The notes beneath the pieces were generated by a model, which saw nothing but the letters and a program-made list of their open reading frames with translations, searched no databases and was not told the origin of the DNA. 62,000 nucleotides of DNA from Chiloscyllium plagiosum (lineage: Eukaryota), in the NCBI RefSeq assembly GCF_004010195.1, contig NC_057719.1:82469417-82531416 (forward strand), in the 5' to 3' direction. The position numbers were made by a program, and so were the translations under genes. Of this stretch, positions 23,731 to 35,707 are shown piece by piece; the stretch's first letter is position 1; every line of letters begins with the position of its first letter.

Positions 23731-24469
23731 CAGACTCTGAATCAGGACTCATTGGTTTTGCACCGTCAATAATCAGGTACATTTAAATTGTATTTACACC
23801 GATTGGACGCAAGCAGGATTAAATATATTACAGAGACTGAATTGTACATTGGTTAATTTTGAGATTTGGAGACACAGGATTGGGCTAAGCTGTGAGCTTC
23901 TATATAACAGTAGATTTTTAAAAAAAGTAAGCATTTGAAGGAACCACAGCATCAAAATCAAGAACAACCTGCCAGTGGAGGAACAACATTTGAGACCTGA
24001 TCTTTTAAAGTTTATCAATTTACTTTGTAACTTTTATTACGTTGCCCCAATATTTTGAGATAAAACAAATACTTTATGACTTGCTTGTAGCAGATAAGTA
24101 AACTTTGATTGTAGGGTTTTTTAAAATATAATATCACAAAATTCAAACTTCCTTGTGTTTAAAACAATGCTTAATAGTTTAGAAAGTGAACAAGAATCTG
24201 ATTAATTTTATTATCATACATGTTTTATGTTCTGTTACTAAGCATCCTTGCAATACTCACTGTGCATAAATATTAAAATTGAATGTAAATTCATAGCTTA
24301 AATGGAGACTAACCTTTTTAACAACAACTTAGTATTTGTGCAGCAGCACCTTTTAATGTTTAAATGTTCTGAGGTGCTGCATTGGATGTTTATCAGACAA
24401 AAAGAAACAAATCAATCCATAGAAGGAGAGAAAATCATGGGTGTTTAAATTCTTAAAATAGAACAAAAC

Positions 24470-24660
24470 AATGACGAATGCTGGTGATATAAAATACGCA
24501 AAAACAGAAATTATTGGAGAAACTCAGCAAGTCTGGCAGCATCTGGAGAATAAAAAAAGTCTGAAGGAGAGTCACTGGACCTGAAACATTAACTGATTTC
24601 TCTCAATAGATGCTGTCAGACCTGTTGAGGTTTTCTGGCAATTTCTGCTTTTGTTTCTGA
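24470..24660. mobile_element. Fold-back Penelope-derived mini-element with central hammerhead-like motif
   Basis: Inverted arms (aacagaaattattggagaaactcagcaagtctggcagcatct / agatgctgtcagacctgttgagg...aatttctgctttt) around ctgaaggagagtcactggacctgaaacattaact. Confidence 0.72.
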
Positions 24661-24674
24661 TGGTTCACTGGTCT

Positions 24675-24964
24675 CCCTACAGTGTGAAAACAGGCCCTTC
24701 AGCTCAACTAGTCCACACCGACCCTCCGAAGAGGAACCCACCCAGACCCATTTCCTTGTGACTAGTTGACCTAACGCTATGGGGCAATTTAGCATGGCCA
24801 ATTCACCTGACCTGCACATCTTTGGACTGTGGGAGGAAACTGGAGTACCTGGAGGAAACCCACGCAGACACGAGGAGAATGTGCAAACTCCACACAGACA
24901 GTCACCCGAGGCTGGAATCGAACCTGGTGCTGTGAGGGCAGCAGTGCTAACCACTGTGCCGCCC
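24675..24964 (-). mobile_element. HE1 SINE
   Basis: Same head, central and 3' domains as the other copies. Confidence 0.9.
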
Positions 24965-25842
24965 ATTTATTTGGAAGAAACTATATATGCTGTCATTGTA
25001 TGATTTAAGTTTACAATAAATAACCAGCAAGATACTGCAAGAATTTATTTTATCTTTAATTTGTATATTATTGAAAACATTTAGGAATGAGTTGCACATT
25101 GGGGGTGGAATTAGATGTTTTTTAAGTAGAATAACAGGTGCCTCGGAGAAATTTGCTAGAATCTGAGAGGTTTGAATAGTTTCTGAACATATTTGGATGA
25201 TTATGAATGAAAAACAGATGTCTAATTGAGATAGTTATACAAAATATAGATTATGGGGTTAGGTGTGACATTCAAACAATTTATAATTTTACTGCAAAGT
25301 TGATGATCTTGGGCCACTTAAATTTTACTGTATTTGTAGCTGTTTTGCAATGATCGTTATTGTGCATTTTATTGGTGTGTGTACTGTTAACATGCCAAGG
25401 CTACAATTTGTAACTTTCTGGTACCTGTGTTGTGTATATTTGAGTTAATATTTCAGATGAAACGTTTGGAAAGTGGGTAGAGAATTGCGTAACTTTTGTG
25501 ATACTTATAAAGTTTGACTGATGTGGTTGAAATTCTTCATATACCTGTATTGATTTGTTTTCAGCAAGTTTTATCACTTTGAAACATTGAATCAGGTGAT
25601 ATTCATTGAGTATCAAACATAATCTCTGTGTAGCTATGTTTTAATGGTCATTGAGGTTAGGCTTTGGTACATGCCATTAGGCCAGTGTGCACATTTGAGA
25701 GTCTTTGTTTTGTTATCAGCCTGAGTTCAGGTGCTGCAAGTGCTGCACCACTAATTGCTAGCAACCTGAAATGTGAATGGAGAATCTAATTTGGCTCCGG
25801 GTTAGAAAGTAATAAACACAATTTTGACTAATATCTTTTCAG

Positions 25843-25870
25843 GTACTGGCGAATAGTGTACGCTCTTAAA
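25843..25870 (+). other. Candidate 28-nt non-coding micro-exon in the MGA 5' UTR
   Basis: Branch-like tgactaat, then tcttttcAG|gtactgg...cttaaa|GTAAGC. Confidence 0.35.
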
Positions 25871-26249
25871 GTAAGCCATATTGAGAGTTGACTTACCGAG
25901 AGAAATAAATTACACCATTTTGATGGACTTGGCAATCACTTTGTTCTGGAGTAACTTACCGGTGCAGCAGCACCTGTAGAAAGAAACTGAGTTAATTTTT
26001 TGAGTAAATTATGACTACTTTGGAACAGAAGAGAAAATGGAAAAGTGATATGGTTTATACTGTAGAAAAAGATGGAGAGGCACAAGCAGAATAGAAGTGA
26101 AAATTGGAGGATGAGCAAGATTGGCGAGCATAAATGTCACAAAAGGAGTGATAGTGGGTGCGGCAATAAAACAGGTCAGAGGTTAATGAAGTTTTTGCAC
26201 TGTCTAGAGAATCCAGAAGGCTATAAACTGCCTAAGTTGAAAATGGTAC

Positions 26250-27440
26250 TGTGACTCAGCTTTTATTGGGCTCTACTGCATTCGACCTAGGTCAGAAATT
26301 ACAACACAAAAGCAAGATGGTGACTGAAAATGGAAGGTGACCAGAGGTTGGGGTCATGCTTGAAAATTGAATGGGTGTTTTGTGAAGCAGTCATCTAATC
26401 AATGTTTGGTCTCCACAATGTAGAGGAAACCATATTGTGAGCAATGAATACAGTGTCTTCACCTGGAAGGACTCTTTGAGGCTTTGGACAGTGAAGAGGG
26501 AGGAAGTAAAAGAGCATGTAGTACACCTCCTGCGATTGTATGGAAAGGTTGTGACAGGGGGATGAAGTGTTGGGATGAAGAGAAGAGAACCATGTTGTCA
26601 TGAAGAGAATGGTCCTTTCAGATTGTTGACAGGAGGGAGGAAGTTGCTTTTAATGGTGACTTCATATTAATCATGGTGGAAATGACAGAAGATGATCCCT
26701 TAGATATGGAGACTGAATGAAAATTGAGATCAAGTCGAGAAGGGGTGAGGGCAAACATGCTGTAAACAGTTCAGGCACAGTGGAAGGCCTTATCATTCTC
26801 AGTAGGGGGAATCCTTTGTTCAGGAAAAAAAACATATGATAGAAGCACAAATGTGGAATGTAGTATAATTGCAGCAGATGCAATAGTGCGCGGAGTGGAG
26901 TTCTTTCGGGAAGCCAGGTGTGCAGAGGTGTAGCAAGGTAGCTGTGGATGTCAATGGGTTTGAAATGAATACAAGTGAACAGTTTATGCTTGGCACCAAG
27001 GAAGGGAAGAGTCTAAGATGAACTAAGTGAAGGCAATAGAAGAGTGGAAATTAGAAGCAGAATTGATTTTTTTTTTTTTACCAGTTCCGGCTAAGAGCAG
27101 GAAGTGGCACCAATTCAGTCTTTGACTTACTGGAGAAGAGAGTTGTGGAAGGGGACCCAAGTAGGATTGTGACAAAGAATGTTCTACAAACACCACAAAA
27201 AAGTGGGCTTATTTCAGGGGGCTCACCAATGTATCCAAGGCCATGCTTTTATTTGGAGAAAGTGAGATAAATTAAAGGAGACATTGTTTATGAGAACAGG
27301 CTCAGCTAGGCAGAGTGGTGGATCTCACAGATCAGGTCTCCATACCAGGAAGAATCAGAGCCCTCAAACCACTCTACATTCCTATCAAACTAGGGATAGG
27401 AATGTAGAGTGATTGGATTTTCACTGAAGAGGAGATGGTT
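26250..27440 (-). mobile_element. Degenerate Penelope-like element
   Basis: Reverse-complement similarity to 10210-11960 (ttccaggtgaag, tattcattgctcacaatatggtttcctctacattgtggag in the GIY-YIG region). Confidence 0.6.
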
Positions 27441-28197
27441 AGGACCAGAAAACTATTGGAAACATGATGTAGGGTATCAGAAGAATCTCAAATATATGTG
27501 GGAAGAAACTGGACAAGGAAAAACAGTCTAGTTCAGAAGAAGTAAATCCAGTGGCGCAGGAGCAGGAAGAAATGATAAGTCTGCCAAGAATTCCTAGTTT
27601 CTGAAATCTTTCCAAGTTATTCCCTAGTACAGGCCTTTCAGACTTGCTGATGTTCAACATTTGCTTGTTAACTTCTATCTGACTTTTCAGTGCAATGGGC
27701 TTGTATCTGTTTATTTCTGTTTTGCCACACATTGCTTGTCATGGTTCAAAGAGCACACTGGGGAATTTTAAATATTGTGCATCTGACAGCCTGCTTTATG
27801 GATCCGATAGACAACAGGAACCCTAATTGGGGATGATCCAGATCAGAAAAATGGATTCAACCAAAGAACGTGCAGGGAACATACAACGACATAACTTTTC
27901 ACATCTTTCTTGGAAACTTTCTTGATCTTAGTATCAAGATTCACTGTATGGCAACTGATGCATGTTAACTTGAACTGAAAGTTTGAGTTCTTTGGAAACA
28001 TGGGATTCTGAACGGCCGCCAATGGAAACGGAGAAGTTAGGAATGATTCCTGATGGAATTTTATTTGACACTATAAATATTTTTGTTTGTATCTTACAGG
28101 GTAGTAGATGGGCCTCTCTTGACGACAGGTTTGGATATCTGTTTTTCTCTCTCTCTCTCTTGTTCTATCTCGGATGAGCTTTGAACTCCAAAACAAT

Positions 28198-29300
28198 ATG
28201 GAGAAACAGCAATTAGTACATACAAAACAGGAGACCAACACCACCTCAAACTCAGGCACTCCTGCTGCATACTTTGTCATTCTCAAGCAGGCACCTGGCA
28301 GTGGCGGCACTGAGCGTAGTATGTTGGTGGCTAAACAAGAACTTGGGGGTGTCCTAGAGAAAAGAAACAAATTGGGACCAGGGAATGTTCAACACCCATT
28401 CGAGTGCCGCTCTGGAAATGTCTGTGTCACGTTGGAGAACCAGGAGATGTGGAGTCAGTTTTACAAACGTGGCACAGAGATGATCTTAACAAAGCATGGC
28501 CGGCGCATGTTTCCAAATTGTAAATTCTGCATCTCGGGGCTTGATTCTTCACGGAAGTACATCCTAGTGATGGATATTGCTCCTGTTGACAACCATCGCT
28601 ACAAGTGGAATGGGCGCTGGTGGGAAGTAAATGGCAAAGCGGAACCACATGTGCTTGGCAGAGTGTACATTCATCCAAATTCACCTTCCAGTGGGAGCTA
28701 CTGGATGAGGCAGCCCATCTCCTTTTACAAATTGAAACTTACCAACAATACTCTAGACCAGGAAGGTCATATAATCCTACATTCCATGCATCGGTACCTG
28801 CCACGCTTGCATGTTATCCCTACTGACAAACCCACTGATGTAATTCCTCTCAATGGCCCAAATGTACTCACCTTCACTTTCCCACAGACCGAGTTTGTGG
28901 CCGTGACTGCCTATCAGAACTTAAAGATCACACAACTGAAGATTGACTTCAATCCATTTGCAAAGGGCTTTCGGGATGATGGGCTGAACAGTAGGCCCAT
29001 GCGGGAATTGAGATACCGAAGCAATGAGTCAACAGATGGCGGTTGCAGTGATGATTCTGCTTCTTCCCGAAGTGCAGTATTGGACTCCAGTAAACACATC
29101 AAAATTAAAAGTGAGGAGCAATCTGAAATGCATTCCAGGCACATGAAAATGCAAGGTGACATTTGTGCATCTCCAGCTACAAGTTTTGATGAAGAATTGT
29201 ATAACACTGATGAAGAGGAAGGGTGCCTCGAAGCCGAGATACCAGAAACCAGTGAAATTGATTCAAGAATGGGCATGAGGCAGAAGAGATCAACTGAAAG
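28198..29300 (+). CDS. MGA: MGA first coding exon with the complete T-box domain (exon starts ~28100; in-frame upstream ATG at 28174)
   Basis: MEKQQ...YFVILKQ N-terminus and T-box [13 protein letters not shown]...[21 protein letters not shown]...[19 protein letters not shown] match MGA as I recall it; acceptor ttacAG 28099; donor AG|GTAAGC, phase 2. Confidence 0.97.
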
Positions 29301-29639
29301 GTAAGCAAAGGCTTTGAAAGAACAACAAATCAGATTTTTATTTTAACATTAACTTGTTCAAAGCTGTCTATCTCATGACAGCACCATGTCCCCTATCATT
29401 TGATACAGGCACCAAAAAAACTGACTTTTTTTAAAGGAAATTCTTATTGTCCTGATGTTTAAGTAGCTGCTTAATGTCTGTAATATTCAGATAATTTGCT
29501 TTTTCTTTGCTTCAGCGTAATTTGTACTTATCAACATGAAAAAACTCCCTTAGTCTATCTCTCTGCCAAACAAGTCCATGAGAATAACAAATAGGTTAAA
29601 GGTGCATTAACACTGTCCCAAACCAAACACACAGTACTA

Positions 29640-29775
29640 AAAACAAAACAAAGAACTTTGAATGCTGGAAATCAGAAACACGAACCGAAATTGCCGGAGA
29701 AACTCAACAGGTCTGGCAGCATCTATGGAGAGTCCAGTGACCCTTCTACAGAAACTATTTCTGTTTTTATTTCTA
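29640..29775 (-). mobile_element. Penelope-derived mini-element (decayed hammerhead motif)
   Basis: Same family as 24470; minus strand tctgtagaagggtcactggactc. Confidence 0.6.
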
Positions 29776-31189
29776 ACCTCAAAGTACCTCCATTATAATA
29801 GTGTGACAGTTCCAGTTTCAGTCTGGGTTTTGTGGCTTTATAAATCATTATTCTAAATTATTTTAATCTGCGTATATTCCTGTTCTGAACTAGATTTTGG
29901 AGTTCTCAACTTGTTTTGCTAGGCCCATTACAAGGCAGAAGATATGGTTCTCCATGACATCACGAGATTTCAGCATGAGAAAGGATAGTGTGTCAGTCCA
30001 TTGGGCTATTAAGTCGTCTTACACCCATTATATTTCTCGGCACTATCGTGAAGGTTAGCTGGCAATGTTTAACAAAAGGATAAACCATTTAATAGAGTGC
30101 AAGACCAATATGTGGCAGATTTGAAAAAGGCAGTATTGCTTGGTGTGTGAGATGTTAGTCACTGTAATTGATAGCAGATGTAGCCCATTTCAAAGTTAGT
30201 GTGTTTGTTTTCGGGACGGTTATCTGTTAAACTGTAACCATCTATATTAACTTTAGTTTCACTGTATTTGGTGTATTGTGCTGAGCAGTTGTTAGTCTGA
30301 GGTGGTCTTACCACTGTTGAATTTGTTGCTTATTAGTAGCTAGAAATAGCACAAGGCATCACTGTCTTGAAAGAAATTGAATAAAGTCGAACAGAGTGGC
30401 TCATAAGCAGTGTGGTTTGTCTGTCAACTCCTGTATATTTTGTTATAACCTGTGGCCCTGCCTCATCAGGATGTTTAGTTGAATACTGTTATCCCAATTC
30501 ATGAAGGGTGCCTAGAAAGTTTTGTCTTAAACCTTTTGACAAGCAACACCAGTGGAATTTGAATCCTGTGTTAAGCAAGCTTATCTTAGATATGTTTGAC
30601 CGAGTAATTTTCCTTCAACCTAGATTGCCTTCACTTGAGACAGTGGCACTTAATTTCAGTTTTCAAGACTAGTGAATTCTAGGCCTTTGAAATTGGCTCA
30701 TCATCTCTTGATTGGCAGGTGAATAAGATCACATGTCATGTCTGAAGTTTTGCCTGACAGTTTTTCAACTTTTCATAGGGTGTACTGCATCTACATTTGG
30801 ATACAACAGCGGTAGAATAAAAACTATTTCAGAAAGGAAATAATTGTTTATTGCAATAAACAATTTTTATGTATTCTAACTAAAGAGACTAGCAAACAGT
30901 ACAATAGAATGTAAAACTAAATATATTACCTGCCATTGATATTTGGTGACCACTTTACATATGTAGTACTCTTTGTAGGTTCACATTATTCTATTCTGGA
31001 AAGTTAGTTGTTGAAGGATAGTACTGGAGCCAACCTTTACACAGTCTTGCATTTATTTACAAAGTGAAACATTACAAGCGTGAACCTTCTAACAGCACTA
31101 ATCCATAATTTCAGTATAAGTATTTGAAACAAAATAACTAATTGTTAAACTCCAGTTAATGTCCTCTACCTTCGTGTAATTAAATGCAT

Positions 31190-31461
31190 GCGATTTTAAA
31201 GATTTGTAGCTCAGGTTGAGGTTCAGGTTCTAAGTTTGCTCGCTGAACTGGCAGGTTTGTTTTCAGATGTTTCGTCATCATGCTAGTTAACATTCTCAGT
31301 TTGGTGAAGCGCTAGTGTTCTGTCCTGCTTTCTATTTGTGTGCCTTTGGTCTCTTAAGGTGGGTGATATCATTTCCGGTTCTTTTTTTCTCAGGTTGGTA
31401 AATGAGGTCCAAATTGATTTGTTTTTATCAATGGAGTTCCAGTTTGAAAGCTAGGCCTCTA
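31190..31461 (-). mobile_element. Penelope-like pseudo-LTR of another family, running into the gap
   Basis: Minus strand 31264-31300 ctgagaatgttaactagcatgatgacgaaacatctg is a decayed hammerhead-like motif. Confidence 0.5.
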
Positions 31462-31961
31462 NNNNNNNNNNNNNNNNNNNNNNNNNNNNNNNNNNNNNNN
31501 NNNNNNNNNNNNNNNNNNNNNNNNNNNNNNNNNNNNNNNNNNNNNNNNNNNNNNNNNNNNNNNNNNNNNNNNNNNNNNNNNNNNNNNNNNNNNNNNNNNN
31601 NNNNNNNNNNNNNNNNNNNNNNNNNNNNNNNNNNNNNNNNNNNNNNNNNNNNNNNNNNNNNNNNNNNNNNNNNNNNNNNNNNNNNNNNNNNNNNNNNNNN
31701 NNNNNNNNNNNNNNNNNNNNNNNNNNNNNNNNNNNNNNNNNNNNNNNNNNNNNNNNNNNNNNNNNNNNNNNNNNNNNNNNNNNNNNNNNNNNNNNNNNNN
31801 NNNNNNNNNNNNNNNNNNNNNNNNNNNNNNNNNNNNNNNNNNNNNNNNNNNNNNNNNNNNNNNNNNNNNNNNNNNNNNNNNNNNNNNNNNNNNNNNNNNN
31901 NNNNNNNNNNNNNNNNNNNNNNNNNNNNNNNNNNNNNNNNNNNNNNNNNNNNNNNNNNNNN
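31462..31961. other. Assembly gap (500 N)
   Basis: Run of exactly 500 n. Confidence 1.
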
Positions 31962-32853
31962 GAAGAATTGAAAAGCTAACAGGTTTGTAGAAAATAGTGG
32001 GAGATGGGTTGAAGTAAAGAACAATTCTGGGTAGGATGACGGAGAATATGACGATGAGGAATGTCTGGGGCAGGGATGCGTAAGGAAAGATTGAAAAGCA
32101 ACAAGTGTTCGAGGGAAAGGTCAATCTTGTGCAGAAGACAAGTAGGGCAAGGCCAGGCAAGTAAAACTGAACAAGATCTAATATGACTGCAGCTTCTGAG
32201 AGGCTAAATAGGAGAAATTGAGGATGAGGGAAATGACAGTAACAATTCTTAAAGAGAGGTAACAATCAGCGTCCACATATTGCTTGTGAAAATAGTGTGA
32301 AAAGGAAGGTAGTGAATAGACTAAGTTGGAGACACCACTGGGTTACTTTAGCTCCATGGCCATTTAGTGACCAAATCTTGAAAATATATTGTGACATGCA
32401 ATTCTCTGCAGATAATTCCAATAATAATCATTGTACCTTTTAAGTAACAAGCTGCACTTGCCAGGTATCTACTCTTACTTGTGTTTTGAAAATTTGCTCT
32501 ATCTAGTTTCTCAGGGAAGGAGAAGACAATTGGAAATCGCTTGTAAATAAGGTGAGTTAGGCTTTAATGAGATGCTAATGTGTGGAAACAAGGTAGTTGC
32601 CGTTCAGTGGTGAAATTCTGAAATTGCCATTTAGAGTTGAGGGGAAAACTGGAAAATTGTTTCTCTATTGTTGAGAATCTGATTTTTTTTTTTCATTCTT
32701 ACTGTATTTTCCCACCTCTCCCATCATTATTCATATCACTCCAGAATAATTCCACTCTTACTATCATGTTATACATTGATATGTGTCAGAATTTTGAGGA
32801 TATTCTATATTTGATATGAATTTAACTTGCTTTATATTTTCTTTATTCTCCAG

Positions 32854-34006
32854 CATCTTAAAACAGCTCCCTAATGTGTATTCTACTCATTCATTCGGTA
32901 TTGCACCATCTGAAGATCAGGAAGAATCTTTCAATATCATTATCAAAGAAGAGCCACCAGAAGATGAGTACTACCATGCAGCAAACAGAGAGAATCTTGA
33001 TAGTGCTGGGCTGAAATGTAAGAAAGAGGAGGAGAATTATTTAGATTCTTCCAACCAGAGCACTCCAGCTTCAGGGCAACCGCTTGATGGGGCTAAATGT
33101 GATTTAGTGAATAAAACTGTCGATAAAAATGGTGCCAGTGAAGTGGATGCAAATACTGGGGCTGTGAAACGGCCATTGAATAGCTCTGAAGGGGTAGCTA
33201 AAGCCAAGATGCTGCGAATGGAAAGTGGCAAAATGCCCGTTGTTTGCTTGGAGCCATGCACCATTACAAAGAGTACTATAAAAATATCTGACCTGCCACA
33301 AAAATTGCTATCTCCTCGTCGGAGAATCAGGGTACCTTTGACTCCTCGTGCTCTCCTCCCTCTAAGTTCAGCAGCAAAACCTTCTCATTCATCCAGTTCG
33401 GCTGAAAAATCTAAGCCAGAAAGTGTGGACTCATTGCCAGAGGGCATCAAATACAAAGGGAATGACTCTGATTCTGTGTCTGGAAGGACTAAAAAGAAAA
33501 GGAGTACTTCTGCAATGTCACATCGCTCAGTTGCATCTCATACAACACCATCCCAAAAGGCTTCTAGTGAAAATTCCGAATTTTGCAACATCAAACACAA
33601 TGAAAAGACTACAAATTGTGAGATTTGGAGCCCTGCAGGTAATGTGGATAATTGTATTGAGGATTCACCTATTTGTTCAAAGTCATCACGTTTATCGACT
33701 AAGGCCTTCAGTTCAGGTATCTGGAGACCTCCAGACGGCACAGCTGAGAGTATTAAAGAAATGCCTGTACTACACTCCAGCTCCAAGTCTCAGTGTGTAT
33801 CAAAACAACAACATCTCTCAGTCAGAGCTAATAGACGGAGTCGATCAAAAAGGTTGCAACAGTCTGCAAAAGGTGACCATCCTGACTCTGCAGCAGCTGT
33901 TTCCCTGGATTCCTCTGAACCCTTGGAACAGGAAGAAGTGTTCTGTGATGTCAGTCCAGACCTGGATGACGTAGAGGGGGTTACCTTCGTGTCATACGCA
34001 TCTCAG
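32854..34006 (+). CDS. MGA: MGA coding exon (exon 3 by homology numbering)
   Basis: Acceptor ttctccAG phase 2, donor CAG|GTAAGG phase 0; conserved GVAKAKM...GKMPVV.LEPC and DL.DVEGV.FVS. Confidence 0.93.
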
Positions 34007-34169
34007 GTAAGGGTGTTATCTGTAAATTAGGCATGTATTTCATTAAATAACTTATTCTCGTGGTTAAAATGTTTCATTCCTAGGTATATTGACAAAACAG
34101 CTAATAAGTGGACCTTTCAGTATATTTTATGAATACTTAAATGTTCACAGTTTACAGTTATTCAAAACT

Positions 34170-34695
34170 GGTCTCCCTCCTATTGGAAGTATGTTGTGGA
34201 ACTTGAAAGGGTTCAGAAACGATTTACAAGGATGTGCCAGGGTTGGAGCATTTGAGTTATAAGGAGAGGCTGAATAGGCTGGAACCGTTTTCCCTGGAGC
34301 ATTGGAGGCTCAGAGATTACCTTATAGGCATTTATGAAACCATGAGGGGCATGGACAGGTGAATAGACAAGGTCTTTTCCCTTAGGTGGGGAATGCAGAA
34401 CAAGAGGGCATAGGATTAGAATGAAGGGGGATAAATTTTCAAAGGGACCTAAGTGGCCATTTTTTCTCTCACAGGGTAATGTGTGTATGGAATGAGCTGC
34501 CAGAGGAAGTGGTGAAGACTGGTACAATTACAACATTTAAAAAGCATCTGAATGAGTATATGAATAGGAGGGGTTGAGAGGGAAATGAGCCAATTGCTGG
34601 CAAATGGGACTAGCTTCGGTTAGGATATCTGGTCAGCATGGAGGAGTTGGACTGAAGGGTCAGTTTCCATGCTGTACAACTCTGACTCTGACTAT
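34170..34695 (+). mobile_element. CR1 LINE 3' fragment
   Basis: gaaagggttcagaaacgatttacaaggatg...gaatgagctgccagagg...ctctgactctg tail. Confidence 0.88.
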
Positions 34696-34904
34696 AATGA
34701 TTACCTTTGGAACACTATAGTTTGGGGCTTTTTAGTCATTGTTATCAGAAAGGCTGATCATTAAATGTGTACTGAGAGGGTATGGTGTTTATTCAAATTA
34801 ACTACACCTAATTAAGGGTGAAATTGATCAATCCAGCAGTGTGACAGATTCATATCAAACTAGAAAACTATTTATACAAAGTTTGCAAAGAAAACTAGGG
34901 CGGG

Positions 34905-35325
34905 CAGTGCATGTTGTGACTGTACAGGAGATTGATTAGGTCACTTTTCGAACACTGTTCAATTCTGATCTCCCTGTTCTCGGAACGATTTGAAAAACCT
35001 GAAAGGGTTCAGAAAAGATTTACAAGGATGTTGCCAGGGTTGGAGGGTTTGAGCTGCACGGAAAACCTGAAATGGCTGGGGCTATTTTCCCTGGAGTGTC
35101 GGAGGCTGAGGGATAACTTTTTCTGGAGGTTTATAAAATCATGAGGAGCATGGGTAGGATGAGAGACAAAGTCTTTTATCCCCAGGATAGGGGAGTCCAA
35201 AACTAAAGGGCATAGGTTTAAGGTGAGAGGGGAAAGATTTCAGAAATCTGAGGGGCACCATTTTCACAGAGGGTAATGCATGTATGGAATGAGCTGCCAG
35301 AGGAGGTGGTGGAGGCTGGTACATT
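34905..35325 (+). mobile_element. CR1 LINE 3' fragment
   Basis: ERVQKRFTRMLPGLEGL...LGLFSLE.RRLR. Confidence 0.88.
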
Positions 35326-35706
35326 TTAGAGTCATAGAGGTGTACAGCACAGAAACAGACCCTTCAGTCCAACTCGTCAATGCCGACCAGAAATCCGAAC
35401 CTAATCTAGTCTCATTTGCCAGCACTTGGCCCATATCCCTCTCAATCCTTCCGATTCATATATTCATTTACATGTCCAATAAATGCTGTTATTGAATCAT
35501 CCTCCGCTACTTCCTCTGCCAGCTCATTTCATACACGCGCCACCCTCTGTGTAAAAAATTGCCCCTTGCGTCCCTTTTATGTCTTTCCCCTCTCACCTTG
35601 TCTATTTATCCTATCCATGCCCTTCATGATTTTATAAACCTCTATAAAGTCACTCCTCAGCCTCTGACGCTCCAGGGAAAACAGCCCCAGCCTATTCAGC
35701 CTCTCC
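35326..35706 (-). mobile_element. CR1 LINE 3' fragment (inverted)
   Basis: Begins tagagtcatagag (tail), reverse complement of the neighbouring CR1 ends. Confidence 0.85.
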
Positions 35707-35707
35707 A

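Noticed and set aside
28174..29304. Stand-alone T-box gene or processed T-box pseudogene
   Set aside because: The ORF stop lies in the GTAAG donor; MGA-specific N-terminus and ten downstream in-phase exons.
31402..32265. Long ORFs full of X
   Set aside because: Artefacts of the 500-N gap.
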